Shown piece after piece: positions 9,530 through 22,387 of a DNA stretch of 29,249 nt. Within the stretch, counting starts at the first letter, position 1. Each line of letters starts with the position of its first letter. Made by a program: the position numbers and the translations under genes. Where the stretch lies: the NCBI GenBank assembly GCA_024626585.2, contig JANKJI020000005.1, forward strand, positions 1 through 29,249, read 5' to 3'. This stretch comes from Ginkgo biloba (Eukaryota > Plantae > Ginkgophyta). The notes under the pieces are model-generated. The model worked only from the letters and a program-made list of their open reading frames with translations, was not told the origin of the DNA and did no database searches.

Positions 9530-10830
9530 TCATGGTGGATCCAACAAAACACCCTGAAGGCATCTTTACCTTGCTGCAAGCTGTTACAAATCCAGGAGAG
9601 AGAGATGACACAGATCGACTATGTGAAAAATATACTGAGCCTTCTAAAATTGAAATAAACTCAGGGAGATTTGGCGCAACTTGGCCTCATACAGGCGTGC
9701 AAAAAATGAGGTCAACACCCCCAAGTTCAAAGCTCTACTGAAATCATAAAATTCCAACTTGACAACTAGGGGGCTCCTCTTTCCCTAATTTAACATCTGA
9801 GGCTTTCTCGCACAAACCTATTGCAACAACAAAGATCTATGGTCCCAATAAACCTTAGAAAAATTTGAGGAAAAAAAATCAGGGGGATACCCTCAAGCTT
9901 GTAGACGTAAGTAAAAAGTCCTCCTAAGATGAGAAAACCCTACCCTTGAGCTTTCTCGTAGCAAAAATCTCTTCAACTCTCTGATAATAAAGGTAGTCTT
10001 CTGATGTCATGGATGCCATGAAGAAAAGGGAATGCACTAATATGCATTCAACGATTTCTAATAATAACCTATAGACAATTTTTCAGAGAGCACAAAATCT
10101 GGTCCTTTGAAAAGTGTCACATCTATCAGATTAATACTGTTATCAGAAATACAAGACGGGATATAAATATTCTTAGGGTATATGTTCTAATAATAGTCAA
10201 AGAAGAATTGAAGCCTTTCTCTCAAGCCATGCCAAACCAGAAATCCATCATCTATATATCTCTTAAAGNNNNNNNNNNNNNNNNNNNNNNNNNNNNNNNN
10301 NNNNNNNNNNNNNNNNNNNNNNNNNNNNNNNNNNNNNNNNNNNNNNNNNNNNNNNNNNNNNNNNNNNNNNNNNNNNNNNNNNNNATTTTCCTATAGAATA
10401 CGCCATTGAATTCCAAGAAATGCCATCGGAGGACGAGTTCCACTGCATCAACAAGAAAATCAACTGTCTGTAGAGTGAAAAATTTAACCCTTTGCCGCAT
10501 CAATATGTCTCTTAATACAATAAGCCCTTCTTGAGTCGGAATGCTAGGATATAATGATTCCACATCAAAAGCCACAAGTAAATAGTCAAAAGGAAATCTT
10601 CGACTTTCAACAACCTGAAACAATTCCAAAGAATTTGAAAGATGATTTTCCTATGAAAGAAGAATTTCCAGAAGATGAAAGTGAAGATATTTAGATAGAG
10701 GTTCCAACATAAAACTATTGTAAGAACAAATAGGCCGGCCAACTAGAGGATCCTTCTGCACTTTCTAAATAAAGTATAGAGTGCATTCTCTCACTTGCTT
10801 AGAATCAATCCAAGTTAGGTACTTCCAAGT
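9530..10830 (-). mobile_element. Penelope-like retroelement (PLE) reverse transcriptase remnant, probably Naiad/Chlamys-type or endonuclease-less
   Basis: Minus-strand translation: LYFI*KVQKDPLVGRPICSYNSFMLEPLSKYL; LLVAFDVESLYPSIP; FLEFNGVFYRK [gap]; FKRYIDDGFLVWHG; LIDVTLFKGPDF; YY*KSLNAY*CIPFSSWHP; FIIRELKRFL...FYLRLQA*GYPPDF; PLVVKLEF. These are PLE RT core and thumb motifs (PKxHK/GRPI, DVxSLY, RYIDD, SxHP, RGYP). Confidence 0.92.
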
Positions 10831-11261
10831 NNNNNNNNNNNNNNNNNNNNNNNNNNNNNNNNNNNNNNNNNNNNNNNNNNNNNNNNNNNNNNNNNNNNNN
10901 NNNNNNNNNNNNNNNNNNNNNNNNNNNNNNAGTTTTCATTGTATCACTTCACACATCCGTTGAATTCAAGTTTATGATTTTATGTGCATTAATTCAAGTT
11001 TTTCCAAATCGCCTATCATTAATAATAGAGCAACAAATTTATTATTTTTTCAATTTATGTAATACAATGAGAAGGTTAATAATTCAAATTATGGCATATT
11101 AATGGAGTGACAAATTTATTAATTTTTCATTTATGTAATATTATATTGGGAGGGTGGTGGGACATGCCTTTTTTTCAGTAGTATAGTATAAATAGATTAT
11201 TATCAAAACATATTATGTTTTCTTTTCATTATTTATAAAAAAAAATGTGTAAGGCAGGGGG

Positions 11262-11560
11262 GTAACTTTTTTAGTACATAGTATAGATAGATATAATATA
11301 ATTTGTATTGTATGTGTGTACATACACACATATATAGGTCTGTGTGTGTGTTTGTGTGTCCATCTACAGACNNNNNNNNNNNNNNNNNNNNNNNNNNNNN
11401 NNNNNNNNNNNNNNNNNNNNNNNNNNNNNNNNNNNNNNNNNGTCAAACATGTCAACTTTTTTAGTATATAGTATAGACATATATAATATAATATATAAGA
11501 TATATAATGTTGATAATATATATTGTGTATGTACCTGTATATGTTCGTCCACACACATAT
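11262..11560. repeat. Two diverged ~190-bp-period AT-rich units beginning aacttttttagtayatagtataga, with TA/TG microsatellite-like tracts
   Basis: aacttttttagtacatagtatagatagat (~11264) and aacttttttagtatatagtatagacat (~11454), each followed by tattgt..tgtac..gtcca; a partial third copy lies near 11170. Confidence 0.6.
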
Positions 11561-11660
11561 ATCAATATATTTATTACACACATACTAATACATGCCTATC
11601 GCTAATAATTGCAAAATGTCATTTTATTTGTATTTTAATATTTTTTTTATATAAGAGTAG

Positions 11661-11990
11661 TTATAGTTAAGTATGGACCAACCATAGTTAAGAATTGACC
11701 AAANNNNNNNNNNNNNNNNNNNNNNNNNNNNNNNNNNNNNNNNNNNNNNNNNNNNNNNNNNNNNNNNNNNNNNNNNNNNNNNNNNNNNNNNNNNNNNNNN
11801 NNNNNGATAAGCATTCAACTATAATCATAAAAGGGTATGATCAATTGGATGTTTTTTCTATTTTTATAAATGATTTAGATAAATATATAATCAAATGATT
11901 ATTGTTAATTACTAACCCAATCATACTAAAGTGTTGACCTAATTATAGTTAAGTATTGAGTTAATGATAGTTATCTATAACTTTGGTTAA
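11661..11990. repeat. Degenerate ~21-22-bp minisatellite (atagttaagtattgaccaa-like)
   Basis: ttatagttaagtatggaccaaccatagttaagaattgacc (11661-11700) and ttatagttaagtattgagttaatgatagtta (11943-11973); interrupted by a gap. Confidence 0.5.
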
Positions 11991-14900
11991 ATGAATACGT
12001 ATTTTTTAAAGGCATCTAGNNNNNNNNNNNNNNNNNNNNNNNNNNNNNNNNNNNNNNNNNNNNNNNNNNNNNNNNNNNNNNNNNNNNNNNNNNNNNNNNN
12101 NNNNNNNNNNNNNNNNNNNNNNNNNNAGGCACTGACATGGGATGCGCACCTTCACCATTTCAAATCAAAATTAAAGTGGCAGTTATGGAGAGCAAGAAGG
12201 TGGCACATCCAAAGAGGATGGCCTAGTGCACCAAAATATAGAGTGTTTTGAGACTTAAAGGTGGGTTGCATGCTTGGGAGAAATGGCAGATGATCTTCTT
12301 GTAATAGAATTGATGTTCAATGGCATGTTCCATAAGTGGATCATCATCAATTGGGGGGTAGTTGCAAGCTAGTTTATTCAAGAAGAAAAATCATCTAAAC
12401 AAACCATTTTGAGAAAGGATCTTACTTGACCCTTGTCCCAAATCTAGGGTGAGGCTAGAAAGATCCCTAAGGTACAATGTGAATGCAATCTAAATATTGA
12501 TGTGGACAATATGTTGAGTTAATAATTCTTCCATATCTAATGGATTCCATTTATTGTTGGTCTAAGTTGTATACTTTGAGAAAATAATTTAGGAATCACA
12601 CCATGATTGGAGTGCATGATTTGATTTTTCCCATCATAAGTGAAATTCCTTACTTCACCTCTCATATTATTGGTCAAGGAATGACACTAAACATGAGACA
12701 CATCAAACCTATCATTCTAAGCACAAATTGAGATTTTGTTATAGAGAATTGTATGTGGAACAATCATATGTTTCCCTCACGTATTGCCATTAAATCAATG
12801 GATTTTATATGTTGTATATGCATTAGAGCACTAAAAAGTAGACATGTGATGATGTTGTATATTCTAATGAATATTCCACAACCATTTTCACTCTAAATAT
12901 ATTACAATGATGTTATACATCTCAATGATATTTTTAAGTCTTGTTTGTTAGTGAAAATTGAGTGGAGAGTAGTAAATAATAATTTTAAAGTTATTGTATA
13001 TTTGAGACATAAGAGAGAAAACTCAATAGTACTAGTTCAATACAATTGTAATTACAGGCATGGAATTTTTTTTATATATGCCTATGACTTACTTGGTATT
13101 CCTCTTATTAATAATCTATTTGTAATACTCTATTAGCTTGTACATGATGGTTTGTTAGTCGCTTATGTGAACACTTCATTAATTGATTAGAGTTACTATG
13201 TGGAATAATTGTAGGTCACTTATTTTTTAGATTGTTGGGGGACAAGATAGAGAAAATGAAAGTCTACAAAATCACATTAATGTTATCTTCTTCACTCATC
13301 AATGCCTCTCACTTCTTGATATTGGTAAGTTAATTTTTCTTCAAGTTTTGTATAGAGTTGGTGGAAACCACTCCCTCCTATAAGTGGTGATTATCCCCTA
13401 TTAGAAAAAAATACTTTTTTTATTGAAATTTTTCATTGGTGCCAATTACTCCTTAACATTATTATGGTGACTACTCCTTGTAATTCATGACAAGTTGTGG
13501 CTAATTTTATCATTGAATTTTTAGATGGGCATATCTTAAAACACGTTCATGTAGGAGAATATAATTNNNNNNNNNNNNNNNNNNNNNNNNNNNNNNNNNN
13601 NNNNNNNNNNNNNNNNNNNNNNNNNNNNNNNNNNNNNNNNNNNNNNNNNNNNNNNNNNNNNNNNNNTTGTATATATAGTAGGAACACTTATCCTAATTCA
13701 TATACAATCCTCATCACACCTAAATCCTAGGTTTATTTTTCACTGATTCTCATCCTATTCACACTCAATACACATTGAATTTAGGATTAATTATGTTATT
13801 AGGACCAAAAAAAAAATCAAACCATATATATAATTAGTTTCTAAATAACTTACCATTGTGTGCTCAGGGATCTATTCCACATAGAATTATAAATAATTCA
13901 TAATTTTTATTGTATTTATTTCTTCATGAAGTTATTGAGTCTACCCACATACACCCACAAGTTATCTCAAAATAATGAATTATCAAATCACCAATGGATC
14001 CTAATCTTAATAAATGCTCAGTGTATTGGGGTGAGGCCTTTTTATAGTTGGGCATGATATTTCATATATCATCTCACTAAGAGTTAATTCATAATGTGTT
14101 CTCATTAAAACCATACACACTAATTATAATTTATGTTTCTTTACCCGTGTATAAGTGTCAAAAGAAGTTCTGATTAAAATGTTAAAAGGCACCTTTTTGC
14201 TTGCAACATGGAACACAATGCCAACACAACACAAGTGGCGTGCATATTCGACATGATAGATGATCAACTTATCTTCCTACATGATATTAGTAGTAGTGTT
14301 GAAAACACACTAAATTCTTGTAGACTAGCGCAAAAAGGTGACCTTTTTTAGAGCATGTATTACATCCATCATAGAATCCCTACCTAAAGATTTGGGTCCT
14401 TCCAAATGCTAGAGCATGGCTACAAGTTTCTATTGTATTAGGGATGATGCCACCATTCTTCATGCATTTTTCTATTAATATAAAGTGAATTTCCAATTAA
14501 GGATGCAAGTTTTCTTTATTAATACATATTGATGCCAACTAATTTTCTTTATTTATCCCTTGACTGTTATATTATAGTGTTGATGTTTTCTTGGATATCA
14601 TATCTATATTATATATGTGAAAAAGATACCTTTATTAAGGTCTATTAACAATCTTTTATTGGAAATATGTTCGATGGCTTTAACTCACAAAGGCGTCATC
14701 AATATGATCCTTTAAGATTATTGCATTGGAAAGAGATTATTGAGATCCTACTCTAAATAATTCTGATCTCCTATTTAAAATGCAAGTTATAGATAACTCT
14801 ATATTAGGTTGATTGGGTTGTCAATTATCATACATGTGTGAATGTTGGAATTTTTGTATCTTCACTAACATATCTTCTAAAACATTTAAAATTAAATGTT

Positions 14901-16869
14901 TTTTAAGAAGGGATTTTCAATGGAGTCATCAAGATTCTATGTTTATGGTCTTACTGTACACATTCTTATAATGTCTACAATTTTTTCGTTATCATATCCT
15001 CTCTAAAGGGGCGAATTAAAGACATGATCAACAATACGATGCGCAATATGTCTTCTATTAAAGGAAGGAAAGGAAGTTCTATGCAATAGTATGAGAGTTT
15101 GTTATTCGTCATCATTCTTAATATCTGGCCTAACTAGTTTTCTCATGATCAATTGATTATATCAAAGAACATTCTCTTCCCATTATTTGTTACAATACAA
15201 CATAATCAAACATCCAAACATTACATGTCTCTAAAATATGTGTGCACTTATCTATTTAGCGAAACCTTTTGCATTTGGTAAAATCATGACACAAAATTCT
15301 CCAATCAATAAAATGTAATAATATTACCATTTTCTTAATGTTGTAAGCTCAAATTAGTATTTCTTCATAACAAAGGGAGCTTCATCATCTAAGGAAAAAT
15401 GGCAAGTAAAGAATGTATTTGATGTATTAAACAATTCAATAGTAAAAAAACCAAAAAGATCTAGTTATTGAAAGTCTTAAGGGTTGAAATTACAAAACTA
15501 CAAAAAGGAGTTGTGGAAGTAGGACAAATTATAGAAACAATCTCTTAGACCGAGTCGTAGGTATTTTTGGTCTTCTAGAGGCAAGGTGAAGTCAAAAGTT
15601 TGCTTTTAGGGGAGGGCGAAGTGCAAAACGTAGAGCGAATTGTAGAGAAGGGCTCTGGAGCAAAGTCGTAGGCAAGGCTAACACTCCAAGTCACTCCTCT
15701 ACAAAAGATTATTGATCCATGTCATATATGAAAAAGACTTATGAGAAGTGATGATTAAAGTGTAATAGTCCCTCCTAAACTTGCATGCCAACGCTATTAA
15801 GATCTGCAACATAGATAATTAGTAGATTACAAGTGCATAAGAAATATTCATTCATGTTAATTAATGACTATTGCACATGCAAGTGCAAATACGGGATAGA
15901 CCTAAAAGTTACATTGTTAGGGNNNNNNNNNNNNNNNNNNNNNNNNNNNNNNNNNNNNNNNNNNNNNNNNNNNNNNNNNNNNNNNNNNNNNNNNNNNNNN
16001 NNNNNNNNNNNNNNNNNNNNNNNNNNNNNNNNNNNNNNNNNNNNNNNNNNNNNNNNNNNNNNNNNNNNNNNNNNNNNNNNNNNNNNNNNNNNNNNNNNNN
16101 NNNNNNNNNNNNNNNNNNNNNNNNNNNNNNNNNNNNNNNNNNNNNNNNNNNNNNNNNNNNNNNNNNNNNNNNNNNNNNNNNNNNNNNNNNNNNNNNNNNN
16201 NNNNNNNNNNNNNNNNNNNNNNNNNNNNNNNNNNNNNNNNNNNNNNNNNNNNNNNNNNNNNNNNNNNNNNNNNNNNNNNNNNNNNNNNNNNNNNNNNNNN
16301 NNNNNNNNNNNNNNNNNNNNNNNNNNNNNNNNNNNNNNNNNNNNNNNNNNNNNNNNNNNNNNNNNNNNNNNNNNNNNNNNNNNNNNNNNNNNNNNNNNNN
16401 NNNNNNNNNNNNNNNNNNNNNNNNNNNNNNNNNNNNNNNNNNNNNNNNNNNNNNNNNNNNNNNNNNNNNNNNNNNNNNNNNNNNNNNNNNNNNNNNNNNN
16501 NNNNNNNNNNNNNNNNNNNNNNNNNNNNNNNNNNNNNNNNNNNNNNNNNNNNNNNNNNNNNNNNNNNNNNNNNNNNNNNNNNNNNNNNNNNNNNNNNNNN
16601 NNNNNNNNNNNNNNNNNNNNNNNNNNNNNNNNNNNNNNNNNNNNNNNNNNNNNNNNNNNNNNNNNNNNNNNNNNNNNNNNNNNNNNNNNNNNNNNNNNNN
16701 NNNNNNNNNNNNNNNNNNNNNNNNNNNNNNNNNNNNNNNNNNNNNNCTTCCTTGTTAGTAATGAATGTTCTTTACTAAGCTATTGACCAAGAATATTTTA
16801 TCCATGAGTGGGTGGATGGATGGTCTTTTATTTTTTATAGGATTTTTGAAATATATCTATCTATCTATA

Positions 16870-16970
16870 TCTATACTATAAAAATAAATTAGAAGTATAC
16901 ATCCATCCAATGAAAGTGTACATCCATCATGCGTGTGTGTGTGTGTGTGTGTCCATCCAACCCATCATAG
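16870..16970 (+). mobile_element. Possible 5' end of a non-autonomous Helitron (A|TCTATACTATAAAA followed by a (GT)n tract)
   Basis: TC start after an A at 16869-16870, tctatactataaaaataaattagaag, then (gt)9 at ~16934-16951. No matching 3' hairpin/CTRR was identified. Confidence 0.35.
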
Positions 16971-19900
16971 CAAGAAGTGATTACTTAAACACTATAATTA
17001 AATCTACGTTGTGGAAATGTATAACTAGATATGAGAATTTCTACCCACATCAGAATTTCCTCATTTTTTATACTTGGAAGAAGCATTGTGGAGACATTAT
17101 TCAGGTAGGGTACATGTTTAATCCATTACTCTTTGGCACATTCATGGATCCCTTTCAATCCTTTTCTCTGTGGGACTACGCTCCTTACTCCATTCGACCC
17201 AAATAAACTATCAATCTCACCAAATCTCATTTCAACTAGTCTAAAACCAATAAAGAAGATAGTTTGTGCTCATCTAGTAATAAATTCCATCGACAACTTC
17301 TTTATTCAATCTCCAGTAGGGAATTACTTTATGTCATTATACATTATTTTCTAAAACCATTAAGAAGTGAANNNNNNNNNNNNNNNTCATAGTTTGAGAA
17401 AGAAAGATGAGAAGGTGAGCTTGGAGAATGGAAAGGTACTTGAGAAGATCATCAAGAAATGAAGGGAGGACACATAGGGGGAAGAGAAGGGTGTAAATCA
17501 ATGTGGGAGTGGTGAAAGGTGGGATATCTGCAAAGATTAAGATTTTTTTACTATGAAAATGTAGAAGAGACAATGGCCAAGTTAGAGAATGGTGAAACAA
17601 TATCAAATAGTTCTAGATGGAAACTTCTTCCTCTTCTACAACTTTGTAGGACTGGCATCTAAAACTTCTTAATGTTAAGCTAGCATATATAAATTCTATA
17701 TACATTTTTAAATATTTTAATAAAAAATCTTAAATGCCTTTCATATGTTCACGTCCTTGATTTTGCATTGTCACTGGTTGAAAGGGTATGTCGCCTCATA
17801 GATATCCACTCCTGAAATTGATGGTAAATGGAAAGAATGCACATTAATATTACACCTATGATCCAAAATATGTTGCGACACATTGATACTATACAACTCC
17901 ATTACCAATAAAGAAATAGCATTCCTCGCACTTTGATACCTGTGACACCATTTATACCTATAAAGAATCATTTAATTTCTTTGTTTTGGACAATCCAAAA
18001 CTTAATGCACAGTAAGATTTTTTATCACAGTAAGTTTTTTGGATATATTTAGATTCATCTTACATCACCTAGAATGCCCTTTCATTATGATTTTTAGATT
18101 TTCAATTAATAGGTTCCTAAATTATTCTAGCTAACTAGTTAGTTAAGCCCACTTTACTTGCAAGGAAGGAATTCTTAGCATTCCATCAAGGTAATTGCCA
18201 TGTACTACTATAGAGGTTATTTCAAAAATGTCATCTATAGTAAAAGAAAGGATCATGAGAAGCCAACCAAAGAAATGATGATCATAGCCACCAAGGAGAA
18301 GAAACCTGAAATTGCGCATAATTTGAAATTGCCACTATTTATATAGCCCTTAAAGAGAAGGGGAACAATAATTTTGAATATGTCATTGAGAGCTTGTATC
18401 TGAACACCAGTGCTGAGAACAAGACATCCTATACCTATTATAGCAACATCATTTAGACAACTTGTACCTATTACAAACGACGATAAGCTTGTTGAGACCA
18501 GGTCTAAGCGCTCTTTTCCTTTTGTCTAAGGTAGGCTTATATAATGTTTAGATTTTTAATACACCAATTTTAGTTAGGTGAATAGTTTAGTGGTGATCAT
18601 GTGGCAATGGCTATTAGTATTGGGTTGTTAAAAAGAAATTGCATCAAAATCTAAAATAAAGTGGATACATAAGCCCATAAGTGAAGCTTTGAATTTTGTG
18701 TGGCATACAAAATTATGATCATATCTATTTCATGATTTTTGTCTTATTCTTATTTGGCCTTTGCATTCTTCTCTCCCTAGGCCTTGCATTTGATGGGAAG
18801 TTGGTATACCTACAATGGATCTAGCTCTCATAATTAATANNNNNNNNNNNNNNNNNNNNNNNNNNNNNNNNNNNNNNNNNNNNNNNNNNNNNNNNNNNNN
18901 NNNNNNNNNNNNNNNNNNNNNNNNNNNNNNNNNNNNNNNTCACTATATTTATATGTGTTGGCCCCTTTTGTTTCAAGTTATACTATTTCTTAATCAATTA
19001 TTTGAGTAGCAAATCTCTCTGTTCAATAATCTGAGTGAGCTCATATAAAGTGATATTGGCCTTAATTTACTTCATGTCCTTCATAATGTTGTACCCTCCT
19101 TTCATATTATTCCCCTAGGTTTTAGTTGTAGCACATATTTATCCTCATTTTGGTGGGGAGGATCATTATTAACCCTAGGAAGAGGGGGTGTTTGTGTATT
19201 ATCAAGAGGTGTGGATGAGGTATTAGGCTCTTTAGCCTTACTTCTCAAAGAATAGGAGTTCTTTTTGTATTATTGTTTGTTGTGCTCATAGGGATGGCGC
19301 TTGGATGGCTTGAAGAAGACTGATGATTGGCTTCACTTGTGCTTGTGGAGCTCCAATGATTTGTCAATTGGTAGGAACGTTTGTGATAAGAAATCAAACA
19401 ACTAGTAGAATGACTAAATAGAGGGTGGTCGCTTGAGAAGAAAGTTAAATGGTTGAAAGCTTAGTTGAATGGATACAAAGGGGCCTCAGAGCAGATGAAG
19501 GATGTTGAGAAGATGGGAAAGGAATAGGGAGTGATGGATTTAGAGTCGTGTGGGAAATAACAAGATGAAAAGTCTAACTTTAAGGTCATGGAAACGTGAA
19601 GAAAAATAGTAACAGAGGTGATGGTAGTGAAAAACAAAAGATTGAGTGTAGTAGGATTGAAGACAATTGGATGGAGATGAAAAATAGAGAGAGATAGATG
19701 AGTAAAGAAGAAGAATAGTTAAAATTCAAATATACACTTCGAACATTGTTCATAGCATCCATATGTAAGATAGATTTTATATTTAGATTATAAAAATTAT
19801 TTAGGGATTAATAGACATAGATATATATATGAAAAAGGAAGCTAAACTAAAAATTTAAAATCCAACATTTGATGATGAGAAATATAATGATGGAAATGGG

Positions 19901-21403
19901 TACACATGAAAGTAAAATAAGATTTAAATTCAAATTCAATTTCCACCATCAATATTTAAAAATTGGAGTTAGTATTCAATTTTATAACCCAACCATTATT
20001 CGGTAAAAGAATGTATGAGGAAATTCTCTTGGAAGCAGGTGCTTTTAACTTAGCTTCTATGGATGGTATGTGTTCTACAATTATTCTTTCTTGGTTAGTA
20101 GGTTCCCCAACTACATACATTATCTACTCTTTATTCTTCTCTATTTCTTCACCATTCTCTTCCAATGAAAGGACAAACTTGAGGATGAGAAGCAAAATAC
20201 AAGATGCTATAGAATATTCATATACAAAGATCATATCATTCTCACATAATGTAGTGTTTTGACTCTAAAATTATCGAAGGACACATTTCTCTTGGCCCCT
20301 GTGAATGCCTACCTCCCAATTGATATAATTTTCAAAAATGCATCACATTTTGACTAACATTAAATTATATACATCTATCTAGACTCATGTCGTAATGCCA
20401 TTGATGGTACATGAATATAACAAGTAGTACCATCAATAATATGCCCCATATTTTACTTATTTCACGATAAAATAAATGGCAAGATGATGCAATGCAATCG
20501 GTAATGGAAAACGACTCTGTGATTAACAGGAATTGATGGTGTTAGAAGTACACTAATGCTAAGAGAGATTCAATATATTGCCATTTGAAAGACCAATGAT
20601 TTACAAGATGTGTAAGGTAGGATTTAAGGATTCCCAATAATAAATGAATTTGTGATTACTTACATGACATGGTTTTTGAAGTCATACCAAAACTCTTTGA
20701 TAGGCACTCTGGAACTCAAGCCACGTGGCTATTATTTTTCTTTGCTTTAGTCTTATGTTTGTGAAATCTAATGTTGCATGGTTTTGGATGATGCATGATT
20801 TATAAGATAAAATCCTACATTTAAAATTGATGCATTGCATCCTTATTTCTTTGAAGATCTTATTCATAGGCTCCAGGGTCCACATGATTGATAAGCATCN
20901 NNNNNNNNNGTTTACCATGATTATGTTGGTTGTGAATAGAATGTAAGATAGATATTATAGGAAACTCAAGCCCTAATTGAAGCTAAAGATGTCATTGACA
21001 TTTGCTATCAACCAAAAATAGTTGTGGGGTTAGGACATTCAACCCTTGATACAAGCTTTTATCATCAACGGATGGGTCGACGACTCCCAATATCAACATT
21101 ATCCTCTCAATACTCTTATTTACAAGTTCATCCAAATATTCAGGGCATTGATGATTCATCATAGAATAGTAGTAGGCTAATTCCCCTACAGAGAGAGCCT
21201 TATGCATAACTATAAGGACTTTTAATGATTCATACCTTTAGGCAATACACTTTTATATGTTTCAACAAGAGTCTATTATCACTTGATAATAGGAGATAAT
21301 CAAAGTAAATATCAACCTCTTCGTTGAATAGGATATGCCCCCAAGGGAAAGTATTTTTCAATAGTCAATTCTAGATATACAAATTATGTAATGAAACATC
21401 CAT

Positions 21404-21702
21404 ATAGTGGAATGAAACACATTTAATTTCCATAATAAAACGAAATATAAGAATAGAGGTATAATGATGAATGAGGTCAAGGGTAGATTAAGGTCTTCTA
21501 ATGTTTATATACATGTTCAAAATAGAATTAGTTCCTAAGTTAGCAATACAATAGGATGAAATTGGAATTAGCTCATAAGATCACTTTGGGATAAATAGTG
21601 GAATGGAATGTATTAAATTTCCATACAAAATGAAATATAAGAATAAGGGTATAATGACAAATGAGCCTGAGGATAAATTACAGTCTTTTAATGTTTATAT
21701 AC
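21404..21702 (+). repeat. Diverged direct duplication of ~108 bp (21404-21512 and 21595-21702), inside a probable LTR
   Basis: atagtggaatg..atttccata..aaa.gaaatataagaata..ggtataatga..aatgag...gtctt.taatgtttatatac occurs twice, 191 bp apart. Confidence 0.85.
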
Positions 21703-21749
21703 CTTTTAATGTTTAAGATCATTTACTATTACCACTACAACTCTAACAA

Positions 21750-21762
21750 TGGTATTAGAGCC
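21750..21762 (+). promoter_or_regulatory. tRNA-iMet primer-binding site immediately after an LTR 3' end (...TAACA)
   Basis: taaca-a-TGGTATTAGAGCC; one mismatch to canonical TGGTATCAGAGC; gag starts about 50 bp downstream. Confidence 0.8.
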
Positions 21763-21810
21763 ATTGGTTATGCTACTGTGGGTATTATGGGTTAGATTTA
21801 GTCAATCAAA

Positions 21811-22285
21811 ATGTCTAAAAACGGGAGTAATTCCGACCTCAAATCCAATATACAAGAAGTCCTGGAAGAGAACTTGAAACCAGTTAATGAGGCTTTGTAA
21901 AGAGTAGGTCAAGCCCTATATAAGATTGTTTATTTACTTCAACATATTAATGCAAATTAGCAAGGGAATATTAATCATAGAGGTAATGTTACACTCCAAG
22001 TACCTCAATCTCTGAAGTCAAGGCTTGATATTCCTAAGTTTGCTAGGAAAAATGATGGAATGGGCATTATGACTAAGATTTGTGAGCTCAAGCAATACTT
22101 CAAACAAGATTCCATAGGTGAAGATGAGTAGACACCAATGATCTTAATCAATGAGCCTTGGAGTTGTTGGTCAAATGATGAGAAGTGAAGCAAAAAAATT
22201 TGGGAACCCGGTTGTTCCTCAAAGAGGGGTAGTTATGAGAAAGTAGGAGAATCAAATGAGTTTCAAACTTTCGATGATTTGTTTG
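21811..22285 (+). pseudogene. Ty3/gypsy gag N-terminal remnant
   Basis: MSKNGSNSDLKSNIQEVLEENLKPVNEAL*...SRLDIPKFARKNDGMGIMTKICELKQYF resembles the gypsy gag KLD.PKF.G...W....E.YF motif and follows the PBS. In-frame stops. Confidence 0.7.
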
Positions 22286-22387
22286 NNNNNNNNNNNNNNN
22301 NNNNNNNNNNNNNNNNNNNNNNNNNNNNNNNNNNNNNNNNNNNNNNNNNNNNNNNNNNNNNNNNNNNNNNNNNNNNNNNNNNNNNTT

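Noticed and set aside
9029-9660. Hammerhead ribozyme expected in PLE terminal repeats
   Set aside because: No CUGANGA core found on either strand; ctgagat...gaaac around 9149-9183 does not fit the consensus.
8904-9741. Short ORFs over the GC-rich palindromic region
   Set aside because: No recognisable protein motifs; open frames are expected from high GC. Only the first part of 9330-9611(-) may be the PLE RT tail.
12127-12300. GTDMGCAPSP / APSPFQIKIKV resembling a PLE motif or the actin C-terminus
   Set aside because: The similarity does not extend beyond a few residues in any frame.
12690-12830. Possible copia RNase H tail on the minus strand (HIKSID...IREGNI)
   Set aside because: Too degenerate; no supporting upstream motifs found.
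15833-16786. Long ORFs of 295-317 aa
   Set aside because: Almost entirely N-gap read-through.
17771-18500. Hydrophobic minus-strand stretches with a splice-acceptor-like site
   Set aside because: They contain stops and match no family I recognise.
20682-21360. Minus-strand ORF fragments possibly from a transposase or LINE
   Set aside because: No diagnostic motif could be identified by eye; needs a translated search.
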